Below, in pieces: positions 29,695 to 40,382 of a stretch of DNA of 64,000 nt. Location: positions 160,001 through 224,000 of the forward strand of contig JBHYGA010000005.1 in the NCBI GenBank assembly GCA_051859245.1, given 5' to 3'. Numbering within the stretch: position 1 is the first letter of the stretch; the number at the start of each line of letters is the position of its first letter. Source of the stretch: Gemmatimonadaceae bacterium. Its GTDB lineage: Bacteria > Gemmatimonadota > Gemmatimonadetes > Gemmatimonadales > Gemmatimonadaceae. Below the pieces are notes generated by a model, which ran no database searches, was not told the origin of the DNA, and saw only the letters and a program-made list of their open reading frames with translations. The position numbers and the translations under genes were made by a program.

Positions 29695-32484
29695 TTAGAA
29701 ATCGAACTTGAAGCCCGTCTGGATGCGGCGACCATAAAACTCGTCCTGCATGAGCCGGCCGCGATTGCCCTGGAAGAAGCGCAGCGGGCGGTTGTTCAGG
29801 TTGTTGGCTTCGACAAAGAAGCGAGCAACCGGTGTGATCTGCACGCTGGCATTTGCATCGATGTCCGTACGGCGATCTGACCAACGATCGAAGAACGCGT
29901 CTTCGTTGTAGCCGCCTTCGCCGGCGTCGAGTGACTCGCTCTGGTAGTTGAACGCCACACGCATGGACACACGCGGCGCGTCGAACGAGAGCGACAGGTT
30001 GCCGCTGTGCTTCGCGGTGCCGAGCAGTGGGAGTTCTTCCAGTTCGCGACCTTCGAGGTCCAATCCTTCCGCGTTGGAGTCGTTGTAGTTGTAGTTCACA
30101 TACACACCAACGTAGCGCAGCAGCCCCGGGAGGAAATCAAGCTGGCGCTGGAAGGCCGTTTCAAAGCCGGTGATCTGCGCTTCGGCACCGTTCAACGGCT
30201 GATTGATCTGCGAGAACTCTCGATTCGTGACCGGGTCAACCGCTCCAAAACGCGACAGATTGAACACAAAGTCCGTGATGCGCTTGTGGTACACGCCAAC
30301 TGAGAACACACCAACACTTTCAAAGTAGCGTTCGGCCATCAGGTCAAAGTTCATGCTTCGCGTCGGATTCAGATTCGGGTTGCCGAGTGAGAGCTCGTCA
30401 TCCTCGAGGCTGATTTCGCGGTACGGCACGAGGTCAAAATAGTTCGGGCGCGCGATGGAGTTGGTCCACGCGGCACGCAGTACCGTGTTTGGTGCGGCGT
30501 CCCAACGGGCGTTGATGCTCGGAAGCACGTCGGTGTACGACTGCGAACCACTCGTGCGACGCGACGTCTCTTCATCGACGTCAAACTCGAACCCATTGTA
30601 GTCAACGTTGGTGTTTTCCACACGCACGCCGGCAATCAGGCTCAGTCGCGGACCGAAGCGCTGTTCGATCATGCTGTAGCCACTAGTCACACGTTCCGTC
30701 GCGTCAAAGTTGCCAGCGACATACTCGTCCGGCGTGTCAGACAGCTCGAACTGAGACGGGTTGAACAGATTGAGCCCAGCCAGGAAGTCGGGCGTGCTGT
30801 GCACGCCGTACTGGTAGTTGCCCGAGTAGTTGCGCGATGTGGTGAAGTCTGAACTGCCGGCCGCCGTGAGGTTACCAAAGGCAGTGAGCGGATCCGCTTC
30901 GAAGAAGCTGTTGTCGCGGAGCTTTTCCTTGCCGCGATAACGACCGCCAACTTTGAGACGCGTGGCATTCTCGCCTTCACGCAGCGGAAACATCAGGTCG
31001 ATGCGCGCGTTGCGATCTTCGTCCTTCGTGTAGCTATCAAGTTGCTCGATCTTGTCAAGCGAAAACGCGGACGGAGCGGCTGCTGCCGCATTCAACGCGG
31101 TGAACGAAGGATTCTGCTGGTCAGCGTAGTTCGCACGAAAGTTGACGCCTTCGTTCGCCCACACGATGTAACGTTCATCAGGGCGCGTCTCGGACGCACG
31201 TCCAATGCTTCCCTGCCACGTCAGCGTAGCGCGTCCACCCAGCAGATGTTCGCCGCTCAACATATGGCTTTGCGTGCGCTGATCTTCGAGGCGCGCATTC
31301 TTTACGCGGCTTGCCGGTCCACCACCCTTCGTTTCGCGAACGAGCTCGGCTTCCTGCACACCCTGTGCATCGGGCTCGCCAAACTCAAAGCCGGCCACAA
31401 AGCGATTTTCCCAGTCATCGCGGCTGTTGTACAGCGAGCGCAGCATAATGGAGTTGTTCTCGTTGAACCGATAGTCGAGTCCGGCCGAGAGAGAGCGGCG
31501 TGTACGCTGCACGTCGTAGCGACGAATCTCGAATTCCTCCATGTACGGCTGCCCTGCATCCGTGCGGTTCCACACGCCTTCCTTATTGTCGGAGCCAAAC
31601 TGCTGATCGTAATACGAGGCACTCGCAATCACGCCGAACTTGTTGTTCAGAAATCGATTGCCGATCACCAGACCGCCGAGCGCAACCGGCTTCTCGCGAA
31701 TGAAGTTGTAGCCACTGCCCGCCGTTGCTGACATGCGGAAGCCGGCCGGCGCCGCGCGCGTGACCACGTTGACCGATCCGCCGATGGCGTCAGCATCCAT
31801 GTCTGGCGTGAGCGTCTTGTTCACTTCGATGGCTTGCACCATGTCGGCCGGAATCAGGTCGAGCTGGACCTCGCGGACTTCGGCTTCGGCCGACGGAACA
31901 CGCTCGCCGTTCACCATCACCGAGTTAAAGCGCGGCTCCGTGCCACGAATGGAACCAAAGCGTGCTTCGCCCTGGTCGAGCGCAACGGTCACGCCCGGCA
32001 CGCGCTTGAGTGCGTCACCCAGGTTTGCGTCAGGGAATCGTCCGATCTGGTCGGCGGCGATAACGTTGGTCACGTTCGCTGCATTCTTCTGCTGATTGAG
32101 CGCCGAAGCCTGTCCCGAGCGCGTTGCCACGACCGCTACAGTGCCAAGCACGTTCTCCTGCGTCTTGATGCGGAACGTGATCGACATCGTGCCACGATCC
32201 GTTACCGAAATGCGATTGGTCAGCGGCGCGTAACCGATGTAACGAGTGGTAACGTCGTACGCACCCGCGGGCACGCCCGTCATGACAAACCGTCCCGTGC
32301 GATCACTGAATACCTCACGGTTCAGCGACGCAATGCGCACCGACGCGCCCGTGATCGCGAGTCCGTTGCCGTCATCGACAACGAGGCCGGTGATGACACC
32401 CTGCGCAGCGGCGGGTGTGGCGAAAGCAAGCAGCATCGTGGTAACGATCGCCGACAGCTTGTGAAGTAGTTTGCGTCGTGGCAT
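29695..32484 (-). CDS. TonB-dependent receptor with N-terminal carboxypeptidase-regulatory-like domain
   Basis: Signal peptide; plug FPDANLGDALKRVPGV...SIRG; barrel strands; C-terminal Phe; start ATG 32484. Confidence 0.95.
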   Translation of the reverse strand: MPRRKLLHKLSAIVTTMLLAFATPAAAQGVITGLVVDDGNGLAITGASVRIASLNREVFSDRTGRFVMTGVPAGAYDVTTRYIGYAPLTNRISVTDRGTMSITFRIKTQENVLGTVAVVATRSGQASALNQQKNAANVTNVIAADQIGRFPDANLGDALKRVPGVTVALDQGEARFGSIRGTEPRFNSVMVNGERVPSAEAEVREVQLDLIPADMVQAIEVNKTLTPDMDADAIGGSVNVVTRAAPAGFRMSATAGSGYNFIREKPVALGGLVIGNRFLNNKFGVIASASYYDQQFGSDNKEGVWNRTDAGQPYMEEFEIRRYDVQRTRRSLSAGLDYRFNENNSIMLRSLYNSRDDWENRFVAGFEFGEPDAQGVQEAELVRETKGGGPASRVKNARLEDQRTQSHMLSGEHLLGGRATLTWQGSIGRASETRPDERYIVWANEGVNFRANYADQQNPSFTALNAAAAAPSAFSLDKIEQLDSYTKDEDRNARIDLMFPLREGENATRLKVGGRYRGKEKLRDNSFFEADPLTAFGNLTAAGSSDFTTSRNYSGNYQYGVHSTPDFLAGLNLFNPSQFELSDTPDEYVAGNFDATERVTSGYSMIEQRFGPRLSLIAGVRVENTNVDYNGFEFDVDEETSRRTSGSQSYTDVLPSINARWDAAPNTVLRAAWTNSIARPNYFDLVPYREISLEDDELSLGNPNLNPTRSMNFDLMAERYFESVGVFSVGVYHKRITDFVFNLSRFGAVDPVTNREFSQINQPLNGAEAQITGFETAFQRQLDFLPGLLRYVGVYVNYNYNDSNAEGLDLEGRELEELPLLGTAKHSGNLSLSFDAPRVSMRVAFNYQSESLDAGEGGYNEDAFFDRWSDRRTDIDANASVQITPVARFFVEANNLNNRPLRFFQGNRGRLMQDEFYGRRIQTGFKFDF

Positions 32485-32657
32485 GGAAAGCACGGGGTGG
32501 GTTGGGGGTACTGCGAAGGGTCCGCGGAACCTCAAGTCCCAAAGGTGCCGTTACTACGTCACTAGCTTGTCCGTGCCACGTCACGGCTGTGTATCGGTGA
32601 TTTTTCGCACACGCGTCCCCCGCCTCCACGCGGTTCACTCCTTTTCTGAAGAGAGCC

Positions 32658-33350
32658 ATGTCCCGTCCCACTGCACTCATCACCGGCGCCTCACGCGGCA
32701 TTGGCCGAGCGATTGCCATCGCACTTGCGCCCACGCATGACCTCACGCTCACCGCGCGCGACGTCAACTCGTTGAACGAGGTCGCGGTGGCGTGCACCGC
32801 GCTCAATGCCACGTGCACCACGGTGCCGCTCGATCTTCGCGATCCCGCCGCGATTGCCTCGGCGCTCACGGGCCATGCGCCCGATGTGTTGATCAACAAT
32901 GCCGGCCTGGCCGTGATGAAGCCGTTTCTTGAACTCACGCCCGACGAGTGGCAGTCACAAGTGGACGTGAACGTCAACGCACTCTATCACGTGACACGCG
33001 CGGTGCTGCCGGCCATGGTGGCGCGCGGAAGCGGCCATGTGATCACGATCGGTTCGCTGGCCGGCCGCAATACCTTCGTGGGGGGCAGCTGCTACAGCGG
33101 CACCAAGCACTTCGTGATGGGATTCACCGATTCGCTCATGCTCGAAGTGCGCGATGCCGGTGTGAAGGTGTCGGTGGTGATGCCCGGCTCCGTGGATACG
33201 GAGCTGTTCCCCGAGGGAACGGACCGCTCGTGGATGCTCGAGGCATCCGATGTGGCTGAAGTGGTCGCGCACATGGTGGCCACGCCGGCCCACGCGCTGC
33301 AGGCGCGGGTTGAGGTGCGTCCCCTGTCACCGAAACGGCCACGCCGGTAA
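32658..33350 (+). CDS. Short-chain dehydrogenase/reductase
   Basis: TGASRGIG, NNAG, YSGTK. Confidence 0.95.
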   Translation: MSRPTALITGASRGIGRAIAIALAPTHDLTLTARDVNSLNEVAVACTALNATCTTVPLDLRDPAAIASALTGHAPDVLINNAGLAVMKPFLELTPDEWQSQVDVNVNALYHVTRAVLPAMVARGSGHVITIGSLAGRNTFVGGSCYSGTKHFVMGFTDSLMLEVRDAGVKVSVVMPGSVDTELFPEGTDRSWMLEASDVAEVVAHMVATPAHALQARVEVRPLSPKRPRR

Positions 33351-33359
33351 ATTGGAGGG

Positions 33360-33698
33360 ATGCACCAGCAAAGCGCCCGCACTCTGCAAGACGTTCGCAC
33401 CACGATTGCGCCGGAGGCGGTCATCGCGGCCGCCACGGCCTTCTTTTCGCGCCGGAACGCCATCTATTCCGCGTTTCTCGAAACGGAGGGTCCGGGTTGG
33501 GCCACATACCGTGGACAGGGCGGGGAAGAGATCGCCATTGGCGCGCAGGTGGCCGTGGACGGACACACGCGCGTGACGGGGTCGAGTTACATGTTCGATC
33601 AACAGGTGGCGCGTTTCTTGTCCACCTTGCCGCCGGCACCACCGTTGCCGGTGTTGCAGGCCCTGCCCGCCGGTGAAGGCGGCGAGGCCTCCGCGTGA
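33360..33698 (+). CDS. Hypothetical protein
   Basis: 112 aa, host-like codon usage, GTGA overlap with next gene. Confidence 0.75.
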   Translation: MHQQSARTLQDVRTTIAPEAVIAAATAFFSRRNAIYSAFLETEGPGWATYRGQGGEEIAIGAQVAVDGHTRVTGSSYMFDQQVARFLSTLPPAPPLPVLQALPAGEGGEASA

Positions 33699-34021
33699 CG
33701 GCGCCGTTCGTGACACAGCTGCGCACCCGGGGCGCGACCATTGAGCTGAGCGCTGGTGCGAGCGATGCGTTTCTGATTCGGGCGCAAGTACACGAGGCGT
33801 GGGATGCGGTGCGAGTGCTCGTGACCGCTTCAACCACGATTCACGCCGTCAAGCGCGCCGCGCTCCACGCGCTGATTCATGAGGGCGACAATTCCGACGC
33901 GTATGTTGTAAAGGTGCGCGGCACGGAAGTCCATGACGAATCGCAGCCGCTGTCCGCGAGCGCGGTTCGCGCGGGAACCACCGTGTTTGTGCACGCGCGA
34001 CGTCGTCGCGTGATTCGCTAA
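33695..34021 (+). CDS. Hypothetical protein with possible ubiquitin-like (beta-grasp) fold
   Basis: VRVLVTASTTIHAVKRAAL...YVVKVRGTEVHDESQPLSASAVRAGTTVFV resembles the Ubl/YukD pattern; no C-terminal GG. Confidence 0.65.
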   Translation: MTAPFVTQLRTRGATIELSAGASDAFLIRAQVHEAWDAVRVLVTASTTIHAVKRAALHALIHEGDNSDAYVVKVRGTEVHDESQPLSASAVRAGTTVFVHARRRRVIR

Positions 34022-34036
34022 GCAACGCGCGTCGGA

Positions 34037-35044
34037 ATGTCCGCGTCCGGTGAGAAGGAGCAGCAGGAACTCGTAGCGGTTGTTGATGCGGTACGGCGCG
34101 AAATTGCGCGACGCGTGGTGGGGCAGTCGGTTGTTGTGGATCAAATCCTCATGGCGATTGCCGCTGGTGGACACGCACTGCTCGTTGGCGTGCCCGGTCT
34201 CGCGAAAACGCTCATGATCCGCACGCTGTCAGACTCGATGCATCTGGCGTTCCGTCGCATCCAGTTCACACCGGATCTCGTGCCCAGTGATATCACAGGC
34301 ACCGAACTGCTCGAAGAAGACGCGCACGGCCATCGGGCCTTCCGTTTCGTGCAGGGTCCGATCTTTGCGAATATCGTACTGGCCGATGAAATCAATCGAG
34401 CCCCACCGCGCACGCAGGCGGCGTTGCTCGAAGCCATGCAGGAGCACAGCGTGACGGCGGCCGGTGATACCATGCGCTTGCCGGAACCGTTTTTTGTGCT
34501 CGCCACACAAAATCCGATCGAACAGGAAGGCACGTATCCGCTGCCCGAAGCGCAGCTCGATCGCTTTCTCTTCGACATTCGGGTTGGTTATCCGTCGGCC
34601 AGTGAAGAGGTGGAGATTCTTCGTGCGACGACGGGACGCACGTCGGCACCGCCCGAGGCTGTGATGGATGCGAACGCCGTGATCGCGTTGCAACGCGGCG
34701 TGCGTGATGTTGTCGTTGCCGATACGGTGTTGCACTACGCGGCGTCGCTCGTGCGTGCCACGCGCCCGGACAGCGCGGACGCACCGCCGCTCGTCAAACA
34801 GTACGTGCGATGGGGCGCCGGCCCGCGCGCGGGACAGGCACTCATACTCGGCGCCAAAGCGGCCGCGTATCTCGATGGACGCGTGGCGGTGGCGCCGAGT
34901 GATGTGCAACGCGTGGCGCACCCTGTACTGCGCCATCGCGTGCTGCCAAACTTTGCCGCGGAGGCTGATGGCATGACGTCTGAACCAGTTGTCGACGCAC
35001 TGCTCACACATGTATCGCCGCCGTCAAGCCGTTTGCCGGCCTGA
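34037..35044 (+). CDS. MoxR-family AAA+ ATPase
   Basis: GVPGLAKT, RIQFTPDLVPSDITG, LADEINRAPPRTQAALLEAMQE, ATQNPIEQEGTYPLPEAQLDRF. Confidence 0.97.
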   Translation: MSASGEKEQQELVAVVDAVRREIARRVVGQSVVVDQILMAIAAGGHALLVGVPGLAKTLMIRTLSDSMHLAFRRIQFTPDLVPSDITGTELLEEDAHGHRAFRFVQGPIFANIVLADEINRAPPRTQAALLEAMQEHSVTAAGDTMRLPEPFFVLATQNPIEQEGTYPLPEAQLDRFLFDIRVGYPSASEEVEILRATTGRTSAPPEAVMDANAVIALQRGVRDVVVADTVLHYAASLVRATRPDSADAPPLVKQYVRWGAGPRAGQALILGAKAAAYLDGRVAVAPSDVQRVAHPVLRHRVLPNFAAEADGMTSEPVVDALLTHVSPPSSRLPA

Positions 35045-35110
35045 CTCGCCTCGGGGCGGACGGTGTGATGCGTTGACCCGTAGAATGTCAACGCGCGCGC
35101 GGAGTGTGCG

Positions 35111-36061
35111 ATGACAACGCTGACTGAGCCATTGGTTCTCGGTCCGCTGCTCGACGCGCTGCGCGGCGTGAAGTGGCCGGCTCGCGAACGGGTGCGCGCT
35201 GGATTGCCTGGAACGCATCGCGCTTCGCAACGCGGCACCACGGGTGAGTTCACAGAGTTCCGCGCGTATCGACAAGGCGACGATCCACGGCGCATCGACT
35301 GGCGTTTGCTCGCGCGCAGCGATCGTGCGTACGTACGCATTACCGACGAGCGCGCGTGGTGGCCCACCTGGATTCTTGTGGATGCGTCGGCATCCATGGC
35401 GTTTCCGAACGCGGATCACGCACGAAGTCGGATCCCGCGTGACGCGAACGCGCGAGACGCGAACGCGCGTGACAAGTGGACGATGGCACGGGCGCTCGCC
35501 ACCGGATTGGCCGCCGTGGCGCATGCCACTGGCGATCCGGTGGGGTTATGGGTCGCGTCACGCCCCGACGGCAGGCGGTTACCGCCGAGAACGCGTCGCG
35601 GCACTGTGCAGGCGATTGCGAACGCGCTCAATGCGGTGGTGCCATCGCATGATGCACCACTCGCCCCCCTGCTCGCGCGCGTGCCTGCGGGTGTGCGCGT
35701 GGTCCTGATCACCGATGCATTGGGTGATGCGGATGCCATGCTCTCCGCGGTGGCTCGGGCCGGCGCGGCCGGCAGTGATGTGACGGTGGTGCACTTGGTG
35801 CATCCGCTGGAGATTACACCGCCCGATGGGGTGTGGCGCTTCGTTGATCCGGAGTCGTTGCAGGTACAGCGCGCGTTCGGTGCGAGTTCTCGCGAGGAAT
35901 ACAGCACAACCTTTCAGTTGTGGCGTACGGAGTTCGCTCGGCGCTGTCTGGCCGCGGGCGCACGGCACCTCGAGGTTGTGTGTAGCGAGGACGCTTCGCG
36001 TGCCGTCCGTCGCGTTGCGGGTTCCCGCACTGCGGGATCTGCTGCGGGGAGCGGCGCGTGA
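35111..36061 (+). CDS. DUF58 (vWA-like) protein
   Basis: EFTEFRAYRQGDDPRRIDW, VDASASM, LITD; follows MoxR. Confidence 0.92.
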   Translation: MTTLTEPLVLGPLLDALRGVKWPARERVRAGLPGTHRASQRGTTGEFTEFRAYRQGDDPRRIDWRLLARSDRAYVRITDERAWWPTWILVDASASMAFPNADHARSRIPRDANARDANARDKWTMARALATGLAAVAHATGDPVGLWVASRPDGRRLPPRTRRGTVQAIANALNAVVPSHDAPLAPLLARVPAGVRVVLITDALGDADAMLSAVARAGAAGSDVTVVHLVHPLEITPPDGVWRFVDPESLQVQRAFGASSREEYSTTFQLWRTEFARRCLAAGARHLEVVCSEDASRAVRRVAGSRTAGSAAGSGA

Positions 36062-37476
36062 CGGTCGCGTATCCGTGGGTGCTGTGGGTCACAGCCGCCG
36101 CTGCGTTCGCGGTCGTTGCCGCGCACTTGCTGTCGGTGTCACGCCCGCCGGAGCTGGCGTTCCCTACGGCAAGATTTGCACCGGAGCGAACGGTACCCGC
36201 GGTGTCGCGCGCGAGCCGACCAACCGATCTCTTGCTCATGCTCCTGCGGTTGTGTGCGGTGGTGTGCGCTGGTATTGCCTTTGCTGGTGTGACAGTTGAT
36301 CGGTCACCCGAGTCGGTGCTCACGGTGATTGCGATTGACGATCGCGTAGTGGCGGACACTGCGGCGTTGCGCAGCGGACTCGCTGCGGTTGCACGCGACG
36401 CTCGGCGCGACAATACGCCACTCGTGGGGATCGTCTCACCGTTCGGTACAACTTCACTTGATCGCACGTGGAATGCGGAGACGTCGGCCCTGCCAATCGC
36501 ACCCGTAACTCCGGCTCATCGCAGCACGGTGCCTGCACGTGTCGACGTCTCTGTTTCGCTGAGCGCCTTGTTGTTGCGCACGCGCCGCGCTGCTCCGGAG
36601 TTTGCCATCAACGCAGACTCGATACGTTTGGTCGTGCTCACGGCAACGCGCGGGGCGTTGCCCGAGACGCGAGACGATGCGTTGTCCGCAGTCCGCGCGA
36701 TCTGGCCCGGACGCGTGGAGCCACAGGAGGTCAACGTCGCATCATTAGTGCGGGACTCCACCCGCGCACGAGATGTGGTAACGGTGCGCGCGGCCAATGA
36801 TGATGTGGTGCGCGCCGCGTTCACGCGCTGGGGTGATTTACCGGCCGCTTCCACGCGTGTGCTTCGCGACTCGTTTGGCGGTAACGATTCGGTGGCCGCA
36901 GCAAACGGTGAGGCCGTTGTGTGGTGGGAGCCGGTTGGTGACGTGCGCGCACCCGCTGCGGCGTCCAGCAAAACAACCGAGCTCGCTGCCGCGGAGAGTG
37001 CCGTCGCGGCCGTGGTTGCGAATGGTGTGGCGCTCGTTGCACCACTGCGTCGCACAAAATTGTTGATTGAGGACAGCACCCAGCGCGCGATTGTGTGGTG
37101 GAGCGACGGGACACCCGCGGCAGTAGAGTGGACGGTTGGCGCGGGGTGCGTTCGTGTGGTGGGCTTTGATCCGCCTGCGGGTGACGCACTGCTCAGCGTC
37201 TCGGCGCGCGGTGTGCTGGCGGCACTGATCGCGGAGTGCGGCGAAGGTGCGCGCATGCTTACTGCTACAGGCATGCCGTCGCGCGAAGACTCGATCGCGC
37301 GTGGCCAACAGGATTCGGTGTTGGCCGGTACTGGTCAACTCGCCACGTCTGGTGATCTGCGCGCGTCGCTCCCCGAACCGTTGTCGCCGCTCACGCGGTG
37401 GCTGCTCGTCTTGGCGATCGCACTGATTGCGCTCGAGGCGTTGCTGGCACGCACGCGTGCAGGGGTACCGCAGTGA
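36058..37476 (+). CDS. BatA N-terminal domain membrane protein
   Basis: PWVLW...AHLL...FPTARF...LLMLLRL double-TM N-terminus; C-terminal TM with ALE. Confidence 0.8.
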   Translation: MTVAYPWVLWVTAAAAFAVVAAHLLSVSRPPELAFPTARFAPERTVPAVSRASRPTDLLLMLLRLCAVVCAGIAFAGVTVDRSPESVLTVIAIDDRVVADTAALRSGLAAVARDARRDNTPLVGIVSPFGTTSLDRTWNAETSALPIAPVTPAHRSTVPARVDVSVSLSALLLRTRRAAPEFAINADSIRLVVLTATRGALPETRDDALSAVRAIWPGRVEPQEVNVASLVRDSTRARDVVTVRAANDDVVRAAFTRWGDLPAASTRVLRDSFGGNDSVAAANGEAVVWWEPVGDVRAPAAASSKTTELAAAESAVAAVVANGVALVAPLRRTKLLIEDSTQRAIVWWSDGTPAAVEWTVGAGCVRVVGFDPPAGDALLSVSARGVLAALIAECGEGARMLTATGMPSREDSIARGQQDSVLAGTGQLATSGDLRASLPEPLSPLTRWLLVLAIALIALEALLARTRAGVPQ

Positions 37477-39674
37477 GTCCGACGAGCGGCCATACACAGT
37501 TGCCGGCTGCCGGACCGCTCTCGGCGCCCGATGTTCGCACGCGTGTACATGCGTTGCAGCGGGCACTCGTACATACACGCATCCTTCGCACGGTGCTCGT
37601 GGCCGCAGCGGTGTCGCTCGGCGTTCTGCTGGTGCTGCGCACCATGGTTTGGCTGCTGACGCTGATCTCAACCGAGGTCATGTCTGCACCCGCGTGGCCG
37701 TTGCTCTCCGAGGCGGCACCACAAACGATCACCGTGTTGGTGGTGTTTGTGCTGGTGCTTAGGCGTTTGATGGTACGTTGGCAACCAATCACGCCGGTTC
37801 GTGCTGCGCTGTGGTATGAGGAGCGTTATCCGGCGTCGCACGCGGTGGTCACGCTCGTGGAGAACGAAGAGCTCACCGGAAACATTGCCGATCGGCTCGC
37901 CGCGCAGTCGAATATGTCGGGGCACGGCGCACTGCCAGCGAAGCGCGCAGTGCACGAAACGCGCTGGCGCGCGGTCAAGCTACCGCTGTTCACGAGCCTG
38001 ATCGCGCTGATCCTGCTCGTGGTTGTATCGCAACTTCCAACAGCCCCGCAATCCACGGCCTTCGCGCGCGGCGCTGCGACGAGTACGGGCCCAAACGCAA
38101 ACGCAGCGCGCGAATCGCGCCTCGCACGCTGGCGAATTGAAGTCACCCCACCGGCGTACAGTAAACTGCCAACACGCGTGATCACCGACTCCGGTACAGT
38201 GGAGGCGCTCGTTGGCAGCCAGGTGCGCGTTGTTGGTGGCGGCGACACAACCGGCCTGCTGGCCACCTTCACGCCGCGCACCTCGCGCGCATCTGCGCTA
38301 CCGATCGAACGCTATCGTGATGCGGCGGACGAGTGGTCGATCGTGACCCGTGTCTCGACAGCACCTGGAGTCATCAATGTGCGCGACGGCGATGATTCGC
38401 GTCTGCTGGTGATCATTCCGAAAGCCGATTCGCTGCCGCTCGTGCGATTGGCGGCGCCGCTGCGCGACTCGGTCTATCGCGATAGCACCGGTTCACTGTC
38501 GCTCGCCGCCGAGGCTCGCGATGACTACGGTCTTGCATCTGTGGCATTCGAGGTGATTTTCACAAGCGGTGCTGGCGAGCAGTTTACAGCGCGCACGTTA
38601 CGACTGGCCGAACGTACGTTCGGCGGTGCAAGAAGCGGTCGCATTGAGCATGTGCTGTCATTCGCGCAACTCGGCGTGAAATCTGGTGATGTGTTGCATA
38701 TACGCGCAGTTGCGCGCGATCAGCACCCGGTCGCGTCGCGCGAGATGGGCGTGAGCGAAACACGGTCGCTGCGCTTTGCGCGGGCTGAGGAATACGACTC
38801 CGTAGCGGTAGAAGCGGCACCGCCGCCGGCTGTTGATTCATCGCTGCTCTCACAGCGCATGCTGCTTGAGCTCACGATCAAGCTCGACGCACGCCGACCC
38901 AAAATCTCGCGCGATGTCCTGGTGGCTGAATCGCGCAAGCTCGCTACCGAGCAGGCGCGTATCCGTCGCGCCGTGAGTGCCATTGTGTACGCGCGTGTTT
39001 CTGGAGAGGGGGAATCCGAGCATGTGCACTATGAGGGCGACGGGCACGATCACGGACTCACGCTGCAGGAGGGCAAGTTGGTGCCATCATTTGGTGGCAC
39101 GGCCAACGCCGCCGGAACACCTGCACGCGCGAACAACAACGTGTCGGAAGAGTCCGCAATTGTTGCGGTGAACCTGCCGCTGCTCGAAGCCTACAACGCC
39201 ATGTGGGACGCGGGGCGCGCGCTTGAGCAGGCCGATCCTCGTGCGGCGATCCCCCCCATGCGACTCGCGCTCGCGGCCATTCAACGCGCGCGCGCGGCGG
39301 AACGGGTGTATTTGCGCGGACGCGTGCGACCGATTGTGGTGGATCTGGCGCGTGTACGGTTGGCAGGAAAGGATACGGGACAGGATGCACGACGATTGCC
39401 AGGCGCCGCGGTTCCTGATCGCGCGCAGCAGCTCGATACGCGACTCACGCGCGCGGCGTATGCACTCACCACGAACGCCACGGCTGCCCGGGATTCGCTG
39501 GTCGTGTTGCGACTCGATGCGCTCGCTGACGCGCCGGCGTTCTCGCAGGCGCTGGACGCGGTGCTGGTGGCGTTGCGTGACGGGCGTGATGTCACCAACG
39601 CACTCGTAATCGCGCGTCGCACGCTCAGCAGGCCCGCGGTCATACGCGGTGTTTCAGGTTGGAGTGTTCCGTGA
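37473..39674 (+). CDS. Membrane-anchored protein, DUF4175-like
   Basis: N-terminal TMs, VTPPAYS, ARDDYGL, AVARD, helical C-terminus; operon context. Confidence 0.7.
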   Translation: MSPTSGHTQLPAAGPLSAPDVRTRVHALQRALVHTRILRTVLVAAAVSLGVLLVLRTMVWLLTLISTEVMSAPAWPLLSEAAPQTITVLVVFVLVLRRLMVRWQPITPVRAALWYEERYPASHAVVTLVENEELTGNIADRLAAQSNMSGHGALPAKRAVHETRWRAVKLPLFTSLIALILLVVVSQLPTAPQSTAFARGAATSTGPNANAARESRLARWRIEVTPPAYSKLPTRVITDSGTVEALVGSQVRVVGGGDTTGLLATFTPRTSRASALPIERYRDAADEWSIVTRVSTAPGVINVRDGDDSRLLVIIPKADSLPLVRLAAPLRDSVYRDSTGSLSLAAEARDDYGLASVAFEVIFTSGAGEQFTARTLRLAERTFGGARSGRIEHVLSFAQLGVKSGDVLHIRAVARDQHPVASREMGVSETRSLRFARAEEYDSVAVEAAPPPAVDSSLLSQRMLLELTIKLDARRPKISRDVLVAESRKLATEQARIRRAVSAIVYARVSGEGESEHVHYEGDGHDHGLTLQEGKLVPSFGGTANAAGTPARANNNVSEESAIVAVNLPLLEAYNAMWDAGRALEQADPRAAIPPMRLALAAIQRARAAERVYLRGRVRPIVVDLARVRLAGKDTGQDARRLPGAAVPDRAQQLDTRLTRAAYALTTNATAARDSLVVLRLDALADAPAFSQALDAVLVALRDGRDVTNALVIARRTLSRPAVIRGVSGWSVP

Positions 39675-40375
39675 ACGATCAGACGATTGTCCACCGCGCC
39701 TCTGGCGCTCGCGCGCCCCGCGCCTCCGCGCCCCGCGCCTCCGCGCGCCGCGACTCCGCCGCTGCCGAACCGTTTGTGTTCGCCACCGCGCAGTACGAGT
39801 CGGGGGACTGGGACAGCGCGCCCTCGCTGCCGGGGAACCTGATTGACTCGGTTGCGCGGTACACGTCGCTCCCAGTGGCACCACAGGGTGTGGCGGTGGC
39901 GCTCGCGTCGGAAGATGCGCTGCGATATCCGCTGCTCTTTCTCACGGGCCATTTACCGGTGCGATTTACGCCGCAGGAAGGACGGGTGTTGCAGCGCTAT
40001 GTCGAGCGTGGTGGTCTGTTGTTTATCGATGATCACAACCATGATATCGACGGGGCGTTTCACAAAACGGCGACTGAAGAAGTGGCGCGCCTCATTGCAC
40101 CGCTCGCGCCGCTGCGCAACAATCACCCGCTCTATACGTCGTTCTTTCGTTTCGAAGACGGACCGCCAACCACCAGTCACGAGCTCAATGGGTGGGGCGA
40201 CAATCTGGTGCATGAGCAGTTGCTCGCCGTGTTGCGCAACGATCGCATCAGCGTGCTGTACAGCAACAAGGACTACAGCTCGGAGTGGAACTTCCATCCC
40301 GACAACAAGCGCTTCATGGGCGTTGATCCCACTCGATTCGGTGTGAATCTCGTGGTCTACGCACTCACGCATTGA
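39671..40375 (+). CDS. DUF4159 family protein
   Basis: YESGDWD, YPLLFLTGH, YVERGGLLFIDD, HPLY.SFF, FGVNLVVYALTH. Confidence 0.85.
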   Translation: MNDQTIVHRASGARAPRASAPRASARRDSAAAEPFVFATAQYESGDWDSAPSLPGNLIDSVARYTSLPVAPQGVAVALASEDALRYPLLFLTGHLPVRFTPQEGRVLQRYVERGGLLFIDDHNHDIDGAFHKTATEEVARLIAPLAPLRNNHPLYTSFFRFEDGPPTTSHELNGWGDNLVHEQLLAVLRNDRISVLYSNKDYSSEWNFHPDNKRFMGVDPTRFGVNLVVYALTH

Positions 40376-40382
40376 GCCACTG

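Noticed and set aside
35438..35473. 15 bp tandem duplication in DUF58 (RDANARDANARD)
   Set aside because: In-frame slippage in a probable loop; unrelated to the palindrome families.
39713..39746. 15 bp tandem duplication at the DUF4159 N-terminus (APRASAPRAS)
   Set aside because: Low-complexity linker with no sign of function.
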